This document shows, in pieces, positions 42,313 through 54,089 of a stretch of 64,000 nt of DNA (the first letter of the stretch is position 1; each line of letters opens with the position of its first letter). The stretch is from contig CACJZL010000003.1 in assembly GCA_902597865.1 (NCBI GenBank), positions 12,934-76,933 on the forward strand, given 5' to 3'. A model generated the notes under the pieces. The model saw only the letters and a program-made list of their open reading frames with translations. It was not told the origin of the DNA and searched no databases. The translations under genes were made by a program, and so were the position numbers. The DNA is from an uncultured Pelagibacteraceae bacterium. Its GTDB lineage: Bacteria > Pseudomonadota > Alphaproteobacteria > Pelagibacterales > Pelagibacteraceae.

Positions 42313-42987
42313 ATGAGTGATCTTACTTTAATAATACCAGCTAAAGATGAGAAAGAGTCTTTACCCAAAGTGTTAGATGAGCTTGCAAAGTTTAATTTAA
42401 ACAAAAATATCATATTAGAGGCATCAGATGAGCCCACTATTAAAGCTACAAAAAATTACGATTGTAATATCATTTTCCAAGACTCTAAGGGTTATGGTGA
42501 TGCATTAAAAAAAGGAATCGAAACAGTTGAGACAGAATTCTTTTGTATTTTTAATGCTGATGGGTCTTTTGATCCAAAAGAATTAGACCCGATGATTAAG
42601 AAACTAAAAGATGATAAATATGACTTTGTTTTTGCTTCTAGATACGAAAAAAATTGTGGAAGCGATGACGATACATTTATCACATTTATAGGAAATTATA
42701 TTTTTACTTATTTAGGAAAGATTTTTTTTAAATTAAACATCTCTGATATTCTTTACACTTATGTAATGGCAAGAACCTCGTGTGTGAAAAAACTCGATCT
42801 TACTGCAAAAGATTTTTCATTTTGTGTTGAATTGCCGATAAAAGCTAAAAGGGCTAATTTCAAAATTTGTACAAACAAATCATACGAGAGGTCGAGGATT
42901 GCTGGCAAAAAAAAAGTAAATGCGTTCGGAGACGGTCTAAAAATTCTATTCTCAATGATAAAATTATTTTTTAGATATAAAGTTTAA
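42313..42987 (+). CDS. GT2 glycosyltransferase, polyprenol-phosphate glycosyltransferase (DPM1-like)
   Basis: LIIPAKDE, GYGDAL..G, NADGS (DxD-like), ASRY, ISD, ERSRIAGKKKV..FGDG; short soluble DPM1-like layout. Confidence 0.8.
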   Translation: MSDLTLIIPAKDEKESLPKVLDELAKFNLNKNIILEASDEPTIKATKNYDCNIIFQDSKGYGDALKKGIETVETEFFCIFNADGSFDPKELDPMIKKLKDDKYDFVFASRYEKNCGSDDDTFITFIGNYIFTYLGKIFFKLNISDILYTYVMARTSCVKKLDLTAKDFSFCVELPIKAKRANFKICTNKSYERSRIAGKKKVNAFGDGLKILFSMIKLFFRYKV

Positions 42988-43983
42988 TTTATAAAACTTA
43001 AATAAAAGCATATAACTAACATTATAAAAAATTATTGAAGTTGCTATTAATTTTATTTGAAAAATTGTGCTACTTGGATTTAGGGTAGAAATATAAATTA
43101 CTAAAAAATTAAAAAAAAATATTATCGCACTACTTAAATTATTGGAAAGAACTAATTTTAGGTTGAATTTTTTTGAAAAAAAGAAAAAAACAAGTTGATG
43201 CAAATGTTTACTATCTGGTTTTAACGGCGAAAATTCTCTGTTCAATTTCCTTAAAATTGAAAATAAATTTTCAAAACAAGGGTACCAAATTAGTGAGATA
43301 AAAAAATACGGTGAAATATCAGGATTATTCATATGAGAACTAATTATTACAAATCCTATGAAGAAACCAAGCAAGTATGCTCCGCTATCTCCAAGCATTA
43401 AAACATTAAAAATGTTGAGCGATAAAATCAATAGAAGAACGACTATTATTAGACTAATAGATTCATTTGAAATTAATGAGTTATCAATTAAATCTAATTT
43501 TATTAACATAAAAATAATTATAATTGCACAAGAAATTAATAATCCATTCAAACCATCAATAAAATTACTCCCATTAATCAAAATTAACAAACAAAATGAT
43601 GAAAAAAGAATTGCAAAGATTTTATTGTTTAAGAGAATATCAAATAATTCAATCCTAGAAGAAATTATTCTAAAATCAAAAACTAAGACGAATAAAATTA
43701 TCAAAATACATTGGATTAAAAATCTTTTTTTAGGTGAGACAATAATATTTCTATCAGAAAAAAAACCAACTAGATAAATCGAAATTATGAAACAATTTAT
43801 GAAAATATCATTTAAAAAATACACTATTGGTATAAGTATAAAAAGCCCACCAGCCAGAGGGACATCTTTTTTATTGGAAAAAGATTGATGCATATCTCCA
43901 GAATAATTTAAAAAAATGCCCTTTTTTTTAAAAATATATGACAATAAAATTACCAGCAATAAATAAATATAGTAAAAAATCAT
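42964..43983 (-). CDS. MraY/WecA family polyprenyl-phosphate hexose-1-phosphate transferase
   Basis: P.AGG, NGSNFIDGLNGL, LGDSGAY, PD..HLHQ; multiple TMs. Confidence 0.85.
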   Translation of the reverse strand: MIFYYIYLLLVILLSYIFKKKGIFLNYSGDMHQSFSNKKDVPLAGGLFILIPIVYFLNDIFINCFIISIYLVGFFSDRNIIVSPKKRFLIQCILIILFVLVFDFRIISSRIELFDILLNNKIFAILFSSFCLLILINGSNFIDGLNGLLISCAIIIIFMLIKLDLIDNSLISNESISLIIVVLLLILSLNIFNVLMLGDSGAYLLGFFIGFVIISSHMNNPDISPYFFISLIWYPCFENLFSILRKLNREFSPLKPDSKHLHQLVFFFFSKKFNLKLVLSNNLSSAIIFFFNFLVIYISTLNPSSTIFQIKLIATSIIFYNVSYMLLFKFYKLNFISKK

Positions 43984-43984
43984 T

Positions 43985-44731
43985 TTATTTTTTTTTGAGA
44001 TAGTTCAAACTTAAACAAATTAAATAATATATGGACTTAATCACATTAAAATTCATATAATAATAATAAACTTTAAAACCATCAAACAACTTTTGGACTG
44101 TAGATGAAGAAAGAGAATTTTTCGTATCTGTCCAATTTGTAAGATTGCTTTCAATTGAGTAAAATTTGTAGTTTTTTTTCAATAATGTTAGCCAGAAAAC
44201 AAAGTCTTCTTTGGTAGTAAGTGGTGGAAATTTAGCGCTGGTGTTTATTATTACTTTTTTTTCAATAACTACCGTGGAAAGACCAATGTCACAAGATTTT
44301 AAAATTTCATCAACCGACAGTAAATCTCTCGCTTTTCTTTGACCAACAATTTTTTTTTTTTCATCGATAACAAAATAGGATGTGTGAGATATTTGGTAGG
44401 CGTTTTTTTTCATAAATGATATCTGGTCTTTAAGTTTATCTGAAACCCAAGTGTCATCTGCATCCAAGAACGCTATATATTTTCCATTTGATTGTTCGAT
44501 ACCTTTGTTTCTAGAAATACCAGCTCCTAATCTTTTGTGATTATTGATAATCTTTATCCTGTTATCAAGTTTAGATATTTCTTGTATAAATTCTAAATCG
44601 TTAAGATTTGTGTCATCGTATATAATTAAAATCTCTAAATCATCATAACTTTGGTTTATGACTGAAAGTATAGTCTCTTTAACAAGATTTCTTTTTTTGT
44701 AGTATGGAATTATTACACTTACTAAGTCCAT
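43985..44731 (-). CDS. GT2 family glycosyltransferase (TuaG-like)
   Basis: VSVIIPYY, SRNKGI, YIAFLDADD.W...KL..Q, ED..FWL, SLSS. Confidence 0.88.
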   Translation of the reverse strand: MDLVSVIIPYYKKRNLVKETILSVINQSYDDLEILIIYDDTNLNDLEFIQEISKLDNRIKIINNHKRLGAGISRNKGIEQSNGKYIAFLDADDTWVSDKLKDQISFMKKNAYQISHTSYFVIDEKKKIVGQRKARDLLSVDEILKSCDIGLSTVVIEKKVIINTSAKFPPLTTKEDFVFWLTLLKKNYKFYSIESNLTNWTDTKNSLSSSTVQKLFDGFKVYYYYMNFNVIKSIYYLICLSLNYLKKK

Positions 44732-44746
44732 TAAGTAAACAAGATT

Positions 44747-46609
44747 TTAACTTTCTAAAAAGCTCTTAAGTTGTTTGGATCTACTTGGATGCTTAAGTTT
44801 TCTTAAAGCCTTTGCTTCAATTTGTCTAATACGCTCTCTGGTTACTGAAAATTGTAATCCGACTTCCTCTAAAGTGTGATCTGTATTCATTCCTACACCA
44901 AATCTCATTCTTAATACTCTTTCTTCCCTAGGAGTTAAAGTAGATAAAATTTTAGTGGTTGCCTCAGAAAGATTTGATTTAATAGCTTGTTCAAGAGGAG
45001 CTAAAGCTTTTGTGTCTTCAATAAAATCTCCTAAGCTGCTGTCCTCTTCGTCTCCAACAGGTTTTTCAAGTGAAACAGGTTCTTTTGAAATCTTTAAAAC
45101 TTTTCTAACTTTTTCTAAAGGCATTCTAAGTTTTTTCGCAAGTTCTTCAGGGGTTGCCTCACGTCCGAATTCACTTAGAATAAGTCTTTGAGTTCTAACT
45201 ATTTTATTTATAGTCTCTATCATGTGGACTGGTATTCTTATTGTTCTAGCTTGATCGGCAATCGATCTGGTTATGGCTTGTCTAATCCACCAAGTTGCGT
45301 AAGTAGAAAACTTATAACCTCTTCTATATTCGAATTTGTCAACTGCTTTCATTAAACCAATATTGCCTTCTTGAATTAAATCTAAAAATTGTAATCCTCG
45401 ATTTGTGTATTTTTTTGCAATGGAAATCACCAATCTCAAATTTGCCTCTACCATCTCTTTTTTTGCAATTCTTGACTCTTTCTCTCCTTTTTGCACTCTG
45501 CTTACTAATTTTTTGAAGTCAGTTACACTTATGCCAAGTTTATGGCTTATCTCGGTAAGTCTATTTCTTATATTTTTAAATTCATCTTTATTTTTTTGAA
45601 AAAAAGATTTCCAAACTTGATTGGTGCTTAAAAAATTTTTTAAATTTGGATTAATTTCATTCCCAACATAAAATTTTATGAACTCATCTCTTGAAATTTT
45701 ATTATCAATAGCTAAACGTAGGAGATTTCCTTCCAAGGAAACAATCTTTTTGTTTTCAGAATAATGTTTTTGAACCAAGTTTTCCAATACTGAAGGGGAA
45801 AGTTGTAAAGATTTAATATTTTCTAATATTTCTGAAACGATCTTTTGATAACTTTTTTCTTTTGAATTGGTGAATTCATAACTATTTAATACACAATCTA
45901 GCTTTTCTTTTTGATATTTAATAAGTTTAGAATAATCTTTTGTAAGTTTATTTACAGTTTCTAAAACTTTAGGTTTAATTTCATTTTCCATCGCTGCTAG
46001 TGTTGGATTAAATTCATCTTCTTCAACTTCTTGTTTTTGAACTTGGTCACCTCTTTCTTCTTTTGAAACTTTTTCACTTTTATCTTTTTTGTCACTATCC
46101 TTTTTTCCCTTGATGTCTTGGGATGAATTTTCCTCTTCCATATAGTTTGTATCAATATCAATTATCTCCCTAACTAAAATTTCATCTTTTTGTAATTTTT
46201 CATTCCATTCAAATAACTGAATTGCAGTAATTGGACTTTGGGACAGCGCATTTAACATAACATCTTTTCCAGCTTCTATACGTTTTGCAATTGCTATTTC
46301 TCCTTCCCTTGATAAAAGCTCAACTCCTCCCATCTCTCTAAGATACATTCTTATTGGATCATCGCTTTTTTCAATTGCCTTTGGCTCATCTTTATTTGTT
46401 GAATCCCTTTTTTTTAAAGCTTTGAAATCTGATTTTTTTTCTACTAAAGAAATTTTTTCATCTAAAATATGTAAGAGTGCTTGAGCAAGATTTTCTCCAG
46501 ATAAATTTCTTTTTCCTAAAGATTTATTCAATTCCTCGTGAGTTATAAATCCTCTATGGACACCACGTCCCATTAATCTTGCAAATGATTTTGTAATTAT
46601 TCTTTCCAC
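44747..46609 (-). CDS. rpoD: Primary sigma factor sigma-70
   Basis: [77 protein letters not shown]. Confidence 0.98.
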   Translation of the reverse strand: MERIITKSFARLMGRGVHRGFITHEELNKSLGKRNLSGENLAQALLHILDEKISLVEKKSDFKALKKRDSTNKDEPKAIEKSDDPIRMYLREMGGVELLSREGEIAIAKRIEAGKDVMLNALSQSPITAIQLFEWNEKLQKDEILVREIIDIDTNYMEEENSSQDIKGKKDSDKKDKSEKVSKEERGDQVQKQEVEEDEFNPTLAAMENEIKPKVLETVNKLTKDYSKLIKYQKEKLDCVLNSYEFTNSKEKSYQKIVSEILENIKSLQLSPSVLENLVQKHYSENKKIVSLEGNLLRLAIDNKISRDEFIKFYVGNEINPNLKNFLSTNQVWKSFFQKNKDEFKNIRNRLTEISHKLGISVTDFKKLVSRVQKGEKESRIAKKEMVEANLRLVISIAKKYTNRGLQFLDLIQEGNIGLMKAVDKFEYRRGYKFSTYATWWIRQAITRSIADQARTIRIPVHMIETINKIVRTQRLILSEFGREATPEELAKKLRMPLEKVRKVLKISKEPVSLEKPVGDEEDSSLGDFIEDTKALAPLEQAIKSNLSEATTKILSTLTPREERVLRMRFGVGMNTDHTLEEVGLQFSVTRERIRQIEAKALRKLKHPSRSKQLKSFLES

Positions 46610-46677
46610 AGTTAATACAATTTGGAAGAACCTATATAATGCCTATTTTAAAAAAATCCATGAAAAATTTTGATGAA

Positions 46678-48447
46678 TTAATTAATATTTTGCTCTTTTT
46701 TAAGCCTATTAATTTCATCAAAAGTGTTTTGATTAAAATCTTCAGCAAATTTTGATTCTAATTCTTGAATTCTGAGCTCTAAGTCATGTGTCTTAAGCTC
46801 ATTCTTTATATCATTGAAAATTTCTACAATCTTGCTTTCATCTTTGTCGTTTTTTTGGACTATATGTTTAATATTAGCGTATTTTTCAATTTGATCTAAA
46901 AGTTGGTTGTCAACTTGCAAATCGTCGAAATTTCCAATCTTTAAACACTCCAAAATTTGATTGAATATTAATCCATTCTCCTTTTTGTAAAATTTGATAT
47001 TTTCTAACAAATCTAGTCTTTGGTAGAAAAAATTTAAGTTATTTATTAAAATATATATTAGGCAAAATTCCTTTATATCTATTGAAGAAAAATTTTCAGT
47101 ATCTTTAAATAGTTTTTTTGTTTTATCCAGTGCCTTATGAGTAACAATAAATGATTTGTTTGAATTTTTGAAAATTATTCCTGGAGAATATTTTTCAAGG
47201 TTTTCTAAAAAATATCCTAATATATATTTTTTAACTACACTGTCTTTAATTGAATTCGCTATACCTTTTAATTTTTTTTCAAGGGATGCTAATGCAGAGG
47301 GGGATGAAGAATTTTCTTTTTTGTAATGCTCAAATATCAATTTGTGCACCGGAATTTTGTTGTTCTTATAAAAATTTAAGAATTCATTTTTTCCTTTTTT
47401 TTCAACAAAGGTATCTGGATCTTCTCCATCTGGAAGAAATAAAAAATATATTTGTTTATCTGGAAGAACACTCTTAATTGAATTTTCTGCAGCTCTAATA
47501 GCAGCTTTATATCCACTTTCATCACCATCAAAACAAATTACAATATTATCAAAAAACTGAGTTACCATATAAATTTGTTTATCAGTTAACGCAGTTCCTA
47601 AATTTGCAATACAATTTTCTATTTGAAATTTGCTTAAACCTATTACATCCATATAACCCTCAACCAAAAAAACTTCATTGAATTTATGGGAAATTTTTCT
47701 TACTCTATCTAAGTTATATAAATTATTTCCTTTTCTAAAAAAATTTGTTTCTGGAGAGTTAATATATTTTGCGTATTTATTCTTGGTGTCAATTATTCTT
47801 CCACCAAAAGCCATTGGTTTTCCTGATAATGAATTAATTGGAAAAATTATTCTGTTCCTAAATCTTTCAACATATATTTTTTTATTTTCATCATGAAAAA
47901 ATAATCCAGACTCATTTAGAATTTTCACATCATAATTTTTGCTTAGTTTTTCGTAAATATTTGAATTAAAGTTAACAAATCCAATCTTAAATTCTTTGAT
48001 AATTGAATTACCAATTTTTCTTTTTTTTAAATAATCTAAAGCAATCTTTGAATTTTGATTATTTAATAACTCATTGTGATAATAATCAGTATAGTCTGAA
48101 TATATGCCTGTGTACTCATTCCACTCTTTTTCTCTTTGCTCATCAATTTTAGAAAATCTATAAGGTGCCATTCCAGCTAAATTTGCTAAAAATTTTACTG
48201 CCTCTCCAAACTTAAAGTTTTGCATTTTCATTACAAAATCAAAAATGTTTCCGTGTTCCGAAGTACTAAAGCAATGATAAAAACCTTTTTCATCATTTAC
48301 TGTGAAAGATGGAGTTTTTTCATTTTTAAATGGTGACAATCCTACAAACTCTTTTCCTCTTTTTTTTAAGGACACATGTTTTGAAACAACTGTAGAAACT
48401 TTCAGCCTTATTTTAATTTCATCGAGATACTCTTTTGGATATTTCAT
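46678..48447 (-). CDS. dnaG: DNA primase
   Basis: GLSPFKNEKTPSF, FGGR, KYINSPET, VEGYMDV, FDGD.SG..AA (TOPRIM), DPD; dnaG-rpoD synteny. Confidence 0.96.
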   Translation of the reverse strand: MKYPKEYLDEIKIRLKVSTVVSKHVSLKKRGKEFVGLSPFKNEKTPSFTVNDEKGFYHCFSTSEHGNIFDFVMKMQNFKFGEAVKFLANLAGMAPYRFSKIDEQREKEWNEYTGIYSDYTDYYHNELLNNQNSKIALDYLKKRKIGNSIIKEFKIGFVNFNSNIYEKLSKNYDVKILNESGLFFHDENKKIYVERFRNRIIFPINSLSGKPMAFGGRIIDTKNKYAKYINSPETNFFRKGNNLYNLDRVRKISHKFNEVFLVEGYMDVIGLSKFQIENCIANLGTALTDKQIYMVTQFFDNIVICFDGDESGYKAAIRAAENSIKSVLPDKQIYFLFLPDGEDPDTFVEKKGKNEFLNFYKNNKIPVHKLIFEHYKKENSSSPSALASLEKKLKGIANSIKDSVVKKYILGYFLENLEKYSPGIIFKNSNKSFIVTHKALDKTKKLFKDTENFSSIDIKEFCLIYILINNLNFFYQRLDLLENIKFYKKENGLIFNQILECLKIGNFDDLQVDNQLLDQIEKYANIKHIVQKNDKDESKIVEIFNDIKNELKTHDLELRIQELESKFAEDFNQNTFDEINRLKKEQNIN

Positions 48448-48908
48448 TGTTTATTCAGTAGCTCCTTCAACATCGATCCAGCTTTAGAAAAATCTATTCT
48501 ATCAGAATAATTTTTTTTCAACTCACCCATTACTTTGCCCATATCCTTAATACTTTGGGCTCCAACTTTTGAAATAATTTCGGAACATATTTTTTTAGTC
48601 TCCTCCGCGCTTAGTTGTTCAGGTAGGTATGTTGACAATAAATCAATTTCACCTTGTTCAATTTTTAATAGATCTTCTCTCTTATTTTTTTTATAAATTT
48701 CAACTGATTCGTTTCTTTGTTTGATCATTTTTTTTAAAAGTTTTTTTATATCTTCATCGTCTGTCTCTTTCTTGTTGGGGCCTGACCTATTTGAAATATC
48801 TAAATCTTTTATACCAGATAAAATTAACCTGTAAGTTGATATCTTGTTTTTATCTTTAGATTTAAGCGCGGTTTTATACTCGTCGTTAATTTTTTCTTTA
48901 ATGGACAT
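48444..48908 (-). CDS. GatB/YqeY domain protein
   Basis: K.ALK..DK....RLI, KMIKQR.ES...Y, YLP.QL, DMGKVMG.LK. Confidence 0.92.
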   Translation of the reverse strand: MSIKEKINDEYKTALKSKDKNKISTYRLILSGIKDLDISNRSGPNKKETDDEDIKKLLKKMIKQRNESVEIYKKNKREDLLKIEQGEIDLLSTYLPEQLSAEETKKICSEIISKVGAQSIKDMGKVMGELKKNYSDRIDFSKAGSMLKELLNKQ

Positions 48909-49034
48909 TTGTATTTAACTTAGCCTAAAGATTTTTTTCTTAAAAGAAAAATTGTTTTTTTTTTCAAATTTTGTATTAGTTCAGTTGCTTAACTCAAGCT
49001 TTTATTGTATTAACCTTTAACTTATGAGTTGTAA

Positions 49035-50228
49035 TTGAATAAAAAACAAAAAGTAAATTCAAAAAAAAAATCAATTTTAAACCCTGGTATTTTAGTTCTT
49101 GAAAACAAATCAATTTTTAATGGAATCGGTATTGGATACCAAGGCACTGCCACAGGAGAAGTTTGTTTCAATACTTCAATCACAGGTTATCAAGAAATAA
49201 TTTCAGATCCATCTTATGCAGGACAAATTATTAATTTTACCTTTCCTCACATAGGTAATGTAGGAACTAATAAACAAGATAATGAATCAGAAAAAGTCTG
49301 GACCAGAGGTGTAATATTTAATTCGGAGATTACTAACCCTTCAAACTATAGATCACTCTTTGAGTTAGATTTGTGGCTCAAAAAAAATAAAATTGTTGGT
49401 CTAACTGGTTTAGATACCAGAAGTTTAACAAACCTAATAAGAGATAAAGGAGCGCCAAGAGGAACAATTTCTCACAAAAAAAAAGGTGTTTTTCCAGTTA
49501 AAAAACTTATTAATAAAACATTAAAATGGCCAGGTCTCAACGGTCTCGATTTAGCAAAAACGGTTTCTACTAAAAATAAATTTACTTGGAAGGGGTTACA
49601 AACTTGGACAAAAGAAGATGGTTTTAAAAAAATAAAAAAAAAGAAATTTAGAATAGTTGCAATTGATTATGGAATTAAAACAAATATTTTGAGATATTTT
49701 TCAAATTTTTATTGTGATGTAGTTGTTGTACCGTGTGATGCTTCAGCTGAATATATTATGTCTCTTAAACCAAGTGGAGTTTTTTTGTCAAACGGTCCCG
49801 GCGATCCTGCAGCCACAGGCAAATATGCGATTAAAATTATAAAAAATCTTATAAAAAAAGGTTTGCCGATTTTTGGAATTTGTCTTGGGCATCAATTATT
49901 AGCGCTTGCTTTAGGTGGTAAAACCAAAAAAATGAAACTTGGACACAGGGGCGCGAACCATCCTGTTAAAAATCTCAAAGATAATAAAGTTGAAATAACT
50001 AGTCAAAATCATGGATTTGAGGTGACCAAGAATAATTTGCCATCTAAAATTGAAATCACACACAGATCTTTATTTGATAATAGTATTGAGGGTATCAAGT
50101 TAAAAAATAAACCAGTTTTTTCAGTACAGTACCACCCTGAATCAAACCCTGGACCTCAAGACAGTCACTATTTATTTAATAACTTTATTATGGAAGTAAA
50201 AAAATATGCCAAAAAGAAAAGACATTAA
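49035..50228 (+). CDS. carA: Carbamoyl-phosphate synthase small subunit
   Basis: [46 protein letters not shown]. Confidence 0.97.
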   Translation: MNKKQKVNSKKKSILNPGILVLENKSIFNGIGIGYQGTATGEVCFNTSITGYQEIISDPSYAGQIINFTFPHIGNVGTNKQDNESEKVWTRGVIFNSEITNPSNYRSLFELDLWLKKNKIVGLTGLDTRSLTNLIRDKGAPRGTISHKKKGVFPVKKLINKTLKWPGLNGLDLAKTVSTKNKFTWKGLQTWTKEDGFKKIKKKKFRIVAIDYGIKTNILRYFSNFYCDVVVVPCDASAEYIMSLKPSGVFLSNGPGDPAATGKYAIKIIKNLIKKGLPIFGICLGHQLLALALGGKTKKMKLGHRGANHPVKNLKDNKVEITSQNHGFEVTKNNLPSKIEITHRSLFDNSIEGIKLKNKPVFSVQYHPESNPGPQDSHYLFNNFIMEVKKYAKKKRH

Positions 50229-53200
50229 AAAAATATTGGTAATTGGTGCAGGGCCGATCATTATAGGTCAAGCATGCGAGTTTGATTACTCGGGAACTCA
50301 AGCATGTAAGGCATTAAAAGATGAAGGCTATAAAGTAGTTTTAGTCAATTCAAATCCTGCAACAATAATGACAGATCCCGAGGTTGCACATCAAACATAT
50401 ATAGAGCCAATATCCATAGAAGTTCTTGAGGAAATTATTAAGAAAGAAAAACCAAATGCTATTCTACCCACAATGGGAGGGCAAACAGCATTGAACCTAG
50501 CTTTGAAGGCAGAAAAAAATGGATTGTTAAAAAAATATAAGATTGAGTTAATTGGAGCAAATTCTAAAGCAATTGCTAATGCAGAGGACAGAAAAAGATT
50601 TAGAAAAAATATGTCAGATATTGGTATTGATCTTCCAAAATCTGAGATACTAAATAATTTTAAAAACGCTTCAAAGTGTTTAAAAAAAATTGGTTTGCCA
50701 GCAATTATTAGACCCTCGTTTACTCTAGGCGGGCTTGGAGGTGGAATAGCAAGAACAAAAAAGGATTTCTTTAAAATTGTTAAAGGTGGACTTCACGAGT
50801 CTCCTCAAAATCAAGTTCTTGTAGAGGAATGTCTTGATGGTTGGAAAGAATTTGAAATGGAGGTCGTTAGAGATAGAAATGATAATTGTATAATAGTTTG
50901 CTCAATTGAAAATATAGATCCAATGGGAACACATACGGGTGACTCCGTCACAATAGCTCCCGCGTTAACACTAACAGATAAGGAATATCAGGTCATGAGA
51001 AACGCTTCGATTGCATGTTTAAGAAAAATTGGTGTTGAAACTGGAGGCTCAAATGTTCAGTTCGCAATTAATCCAAAAAATGGAAGAATGGTAATTATAG
51101 AGATGAATCCTAGAGTATCTCGGTCTTCTGCTTTAGCATCAAAAGCAACAGGTTTTCCAATTGCTAAAGTTGCGGCAAAACTTGCTGTTGGATACACTTT
51201 AGATGAACTTCAAAATGAAATTACAAAAGTTACTCCAGCATCATTTGAACCAACTATAGATTATGTGGTCACAAAAATACCAAGATTTACTTTTGAAAAG
51301 TTTCAAGATACTAAAGCAATTTTAGGCACCTCAATGAGATCAGTTGGGGAAGCAATGGCTATAGGGAGAAATTTCAAAGAGTCATTTCAAAAAGCACTTG
51401 TATCTCTTGAAACTGGTTTGAGCGGACTAGATGACATTTTCAATTATTCAAAAAAGGAAATAATTAAAAAATTAAGAGAGAATATACCTAACAAATTGTT
51501 ACTAATTGCAGAGGCTTTTAGAAAGAAAGTTTCTTTAGATAAAATTTACAAATTATCAAAAGTTGACCCTTGGTTTTTAAATCAAATAAAAGAAATAGTA
51601 GATGATGAAAATAGAATTAAGGTTAATGGCTTACCAAAAAACTATATAGAATTTAATAGAATTAAATCATATGGATTTTCGGATAAAAGGTTATCTAAAC
51701 TTACAAAATTAAAAGAAGAAATTATTAAAAGAAAAAGGAAAGTTTTGAGAGTAGTTCCTGTTTTCAAAAAAGTTGACACATGTGCTGCGGAATTTAAATC
51801 ATTTACTCCATATATGTATTCGACATACCAAAGAAATTTTGCTCTAAACTCTGAATGTGAAGCTGATCCAAGTAATAAAAAAAAGATCATTATATTAGGT
51901 GGAGGTCCCAACAGAATTGGGCAAGGTATTGAATTTGACTATTGTTGTTGTCAAGCCAGTTTTTCACTTAAAGATGCAGGATATGAAACAATAATGATTA
52001 ACTGTAATCCCGAGACAGTTTCTACCGACTATGACACAAGTGACAGACTTTATTTTGAGCCTTTAATAGATGAATACGTAGAAAATATAATTTTAAAAGA
52101 AAAGTCAAAAGGTAATCTGTTAGGTATAATTGCACAATTTGGAGGACAGACTCCTATTAAACTCGCAAAATTTCTTGATGAAAATAACTTGCCAATTCTC
52201 GGAACTCAATATTCATCAATTGATCTCGCAGAAGATAGGGACAGATTTAGAGATTTATTGATTAAATTAAATTTAAAACAAGCTGAAAGTGGAATTGCTA
52301 AAAGTTTTAACTCTGCAGTTAAAATAGCTCGTAAAATTGGTCTTCCAGTAGTCGTACGTCCCTCTTATGTCTTGGGTGGGAGAGCTATGGAAATTGTTCA
52401 TGATGAAAAGCAACTGAAAAAATTCATTAAGCAGGCATTTGATGCATCTGAAAATAATCCAATTTTAATTGATAAGTTTATTGATAATGCAATGGAAGTT
52501 GATGTTGATGCTATCGCAGATGGAAAAGATGTTTACGTTGCAGGTATTATGCAACATATTGAGGAAGCAGGAATACATTCTGGAGACTCTGCTTGCTGTT
52601 TGCCGCCAGTATCAATCAAAGAGAACATATTAAAAGAAATAAAGGTTCAAACAAGAAAACTAGCTTTAGCAATGGGTGTTAAAGGTTTCTTAAACATTCA
52701 ATTTGCTATAAAAAAAGATCAAATTTTTGTTATAGAGGTGAACCCTCGCGCGAGCAGAACTGTACCATTTGTCTCAAAAGCTAACGGTATTCCATTAGCA
52801 AAAATTGCATCCAGAATAATGGCTGGAGAAAAACTCTCTAAATACAATTTAAAATATAAAAAAAACAAAAGATATGCTGTTAAAGAAGCAGTCTTTCCAT
52901 TTAATAAGTTTCCGGATAGTGATGTCTTACTTGGTCCTGAAATGAAATCGACTGGTGAAGTTATGGGCTTTGATGAAGATTTTGGTATGGCAGTAGCAAA
53001 GAGTCAAATCGCTGCGTCTAATTCTTTACCGATTGGGGGTATGGCATTTCTATCTGTGAAAGACTCGCATAAGCAAGAAATCATAGGCGTGGCGCAAAGA
53101 CTAAAAAAATTCGGTTTTACAATTTCAGGTACGAAAGGGACTTCAAAAGTTTTAAATAATAATGGTATAAAATGCAAAACGATAAACAAGGTAAGTAGTG

Positions 53201-53430
53201 GTCGACCACATATCGTTGATATTTTGAATTCGAAAAAAATTTCTTTAGTAATTAATACCGGAGGTGGAAACAGTGAGCATAGAATTAATGATGCAAAAGC
53301 TCTAAGAAGAGGGGCATTGGCAAACAAAATTCCCTATTGCACAAACATGTCAACTGCCTATTCTTTCTTAGAGGCTATTAAATCTCTAAAAACTAAAAAG
53401 CTGGGTGTTAAACCTATTCAGGACAATTAG
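50206..53430 (+). CDS. carB: Carbamoyl-phosphate synthase large subunit
   Basis: [17 protein letters not shown], duplicated ATP-grasp domains ([19 protein letters not shown]), C-terminal MGS domain. Confidence 0.98.
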   Translation: MPKRKDIKKILVIGAGPIIIGQACEFDYSGTQACKALKDEGYKVVLVNSNPATIMTDPEVAHQTYIEPISIEVLEEIIKKEKPNAILPTMGGQTALNLALKAEKNGLLKKYKIELIGANSKAIANAEDRKRFRKNMSDIGIDLPKSEILNNFKNASKCLKKIGLPAIIRPSFTLGGLGGGIARTKKDFFKIVKGGLHESPQNQVLVEECLDGWKEFEMEVVRDRNDNCIIVCSIENIDPMGTHTGDSVTIAPALTLTDKEYQVMRNASIACLRKIGVETGGSNVQFAINPKNGRMVIIEMNPRVSRSSALASKATGFPIAKVAAKLAVGYTLDELQNEITKVTPASFEPTIDYVVTKIPRFTFEKFQDTKAILGTSMRSVGEAMAIGRNFKESFQKALVSLETGLSGLDDIFNYSKKEIIKKLRENIPNKLLLIAEAFRKKVSLDKIYKLSKVDPWFLNQIKEIVDDENRIKVNGLPKNYIEFNRIKSYGFSDKRLSKLTKLKEEIIKRKRKVLRVVPVFKKVDTCAAEFKSFTPYMYSTYQRNFALNSECEADPSNKKKIIILGGGPNRIGQGIEFDYCCCQASFSLKDAGYETIMINCNPETVSTDYDTSDRLYFEPLIDEYVENIILKEKSKGNLLGIIAQFGGQTPIKLAKFLDENNLPILGTQYSSIDLAEDRDRFRDLLIKLNLKQAESGIAKSFNSAVKIARKIGLPVVVRPSYVLGGRAMEIVHDEKQLKKFIKQAFDASENNPILIDKFIDNAMEVDVDAIADGKDVYVAGIMQHIEEAGIHSGDSACCLPPVSIKENILKEIKVQTRKLALAMGVKGFLNIQFAIKKDQIFVIEVNPRASRTVPFVSKANGIPLAKIASRIMAGEKLSKYNLKYKKNKRYAVKEAVFPFNKFPDSDVLLGPEMKSTGEVMGFDEDFGMAVAKSQIAASNSLPIGGMAFLSVKDSHKQEIIGVAQRLKKFGFTISGTKGTSKVLNNNGIKCKTINKVSSGRPHIVDILNSKKISLVINTGGGNSEHRINDAKALRRGALANKIPYCTNMSTAYSFLEAIKSLKTKKLGVKPIQDN

Positions 53431-54089
53431 TCGACTTTCCAGTCAGTTTCAAAAGTTACGTAATTCACTTGTAGGCATCTTCTCTCTTTACGAATTTCTT
53501 TTTTTTCCATACCGTGCCATGTACCTGGGCCACTAGTGAAAAAATAACCATAATTATCTTTATAAGGCATTGTCTTTACTTTTTTCAGGTCGTTATTGTA
53601 AAAATCAGTTCCTAAGTCTTCACTTTCATTTGTTTTATTAACAAATAGCAAACATGACATTAATTTTTCTTCAATATCACAATGAGGTTTTAACCAAAAA
53701 CCTTTCCTGTCGCATATAACTTCAACTCTTACATAAGAATGTGACAAATCTTTACCCACAAGTTTAGAAACTTTTTCATGAGTTTCCTTGCTCTGAAGCT
53801 CTTTAATCAATTTCATTAAGTTTGGGAATTCATTTGAATTATCTTTTGTTATAAAACATCTAAACTTAAGCGCCTTTCCGCCGTGTGATAAACCTTTTCT
53901 AAATTCTGGGGCTCCACCATCGATCGCTCTTGTCCCGTCATAATTTAAATCATGTTCAATGGGATCTGCAATATCAGCTTTGACTATTTCGTCAATTTGT
54001 TCATCAGTAAGAGGTTTGTCCAATTCCCAATGTAAAAATGGATCGTCAAACTTCTTTGATTTATTTTGTAAAGAATTTAAAAATGACAT
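53427..54089 (-). CDS. 2OG-Fe(II) oxygenase-like protein
   Basis: HxD...H facial triad (WLKPHCD...TWHGM) and distal R (RRCLQVNY), consistent with a DSBH fold. Confidence 0.7.
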   Translation of the reverse strand: MSFLNSLQNKSKKFDDPFLHWELDKPLTDEQIDEIVKADIADPIEHDLNYDGTRAIDGGAPEFRKGLSHGGKALKFRCFITKDNSNEFPNLMKLIKELQSKETHEKVSKLVGKDLSHSYVRVEVICDRKGFWLKPHCDIEEKLMSCLLFVNKTNESEDLGTDFYNNDLKKVKTMPYKDNYGYFFTSGPGTWHGMEKKEIRKERRCLQVNYVTFETDWKVD

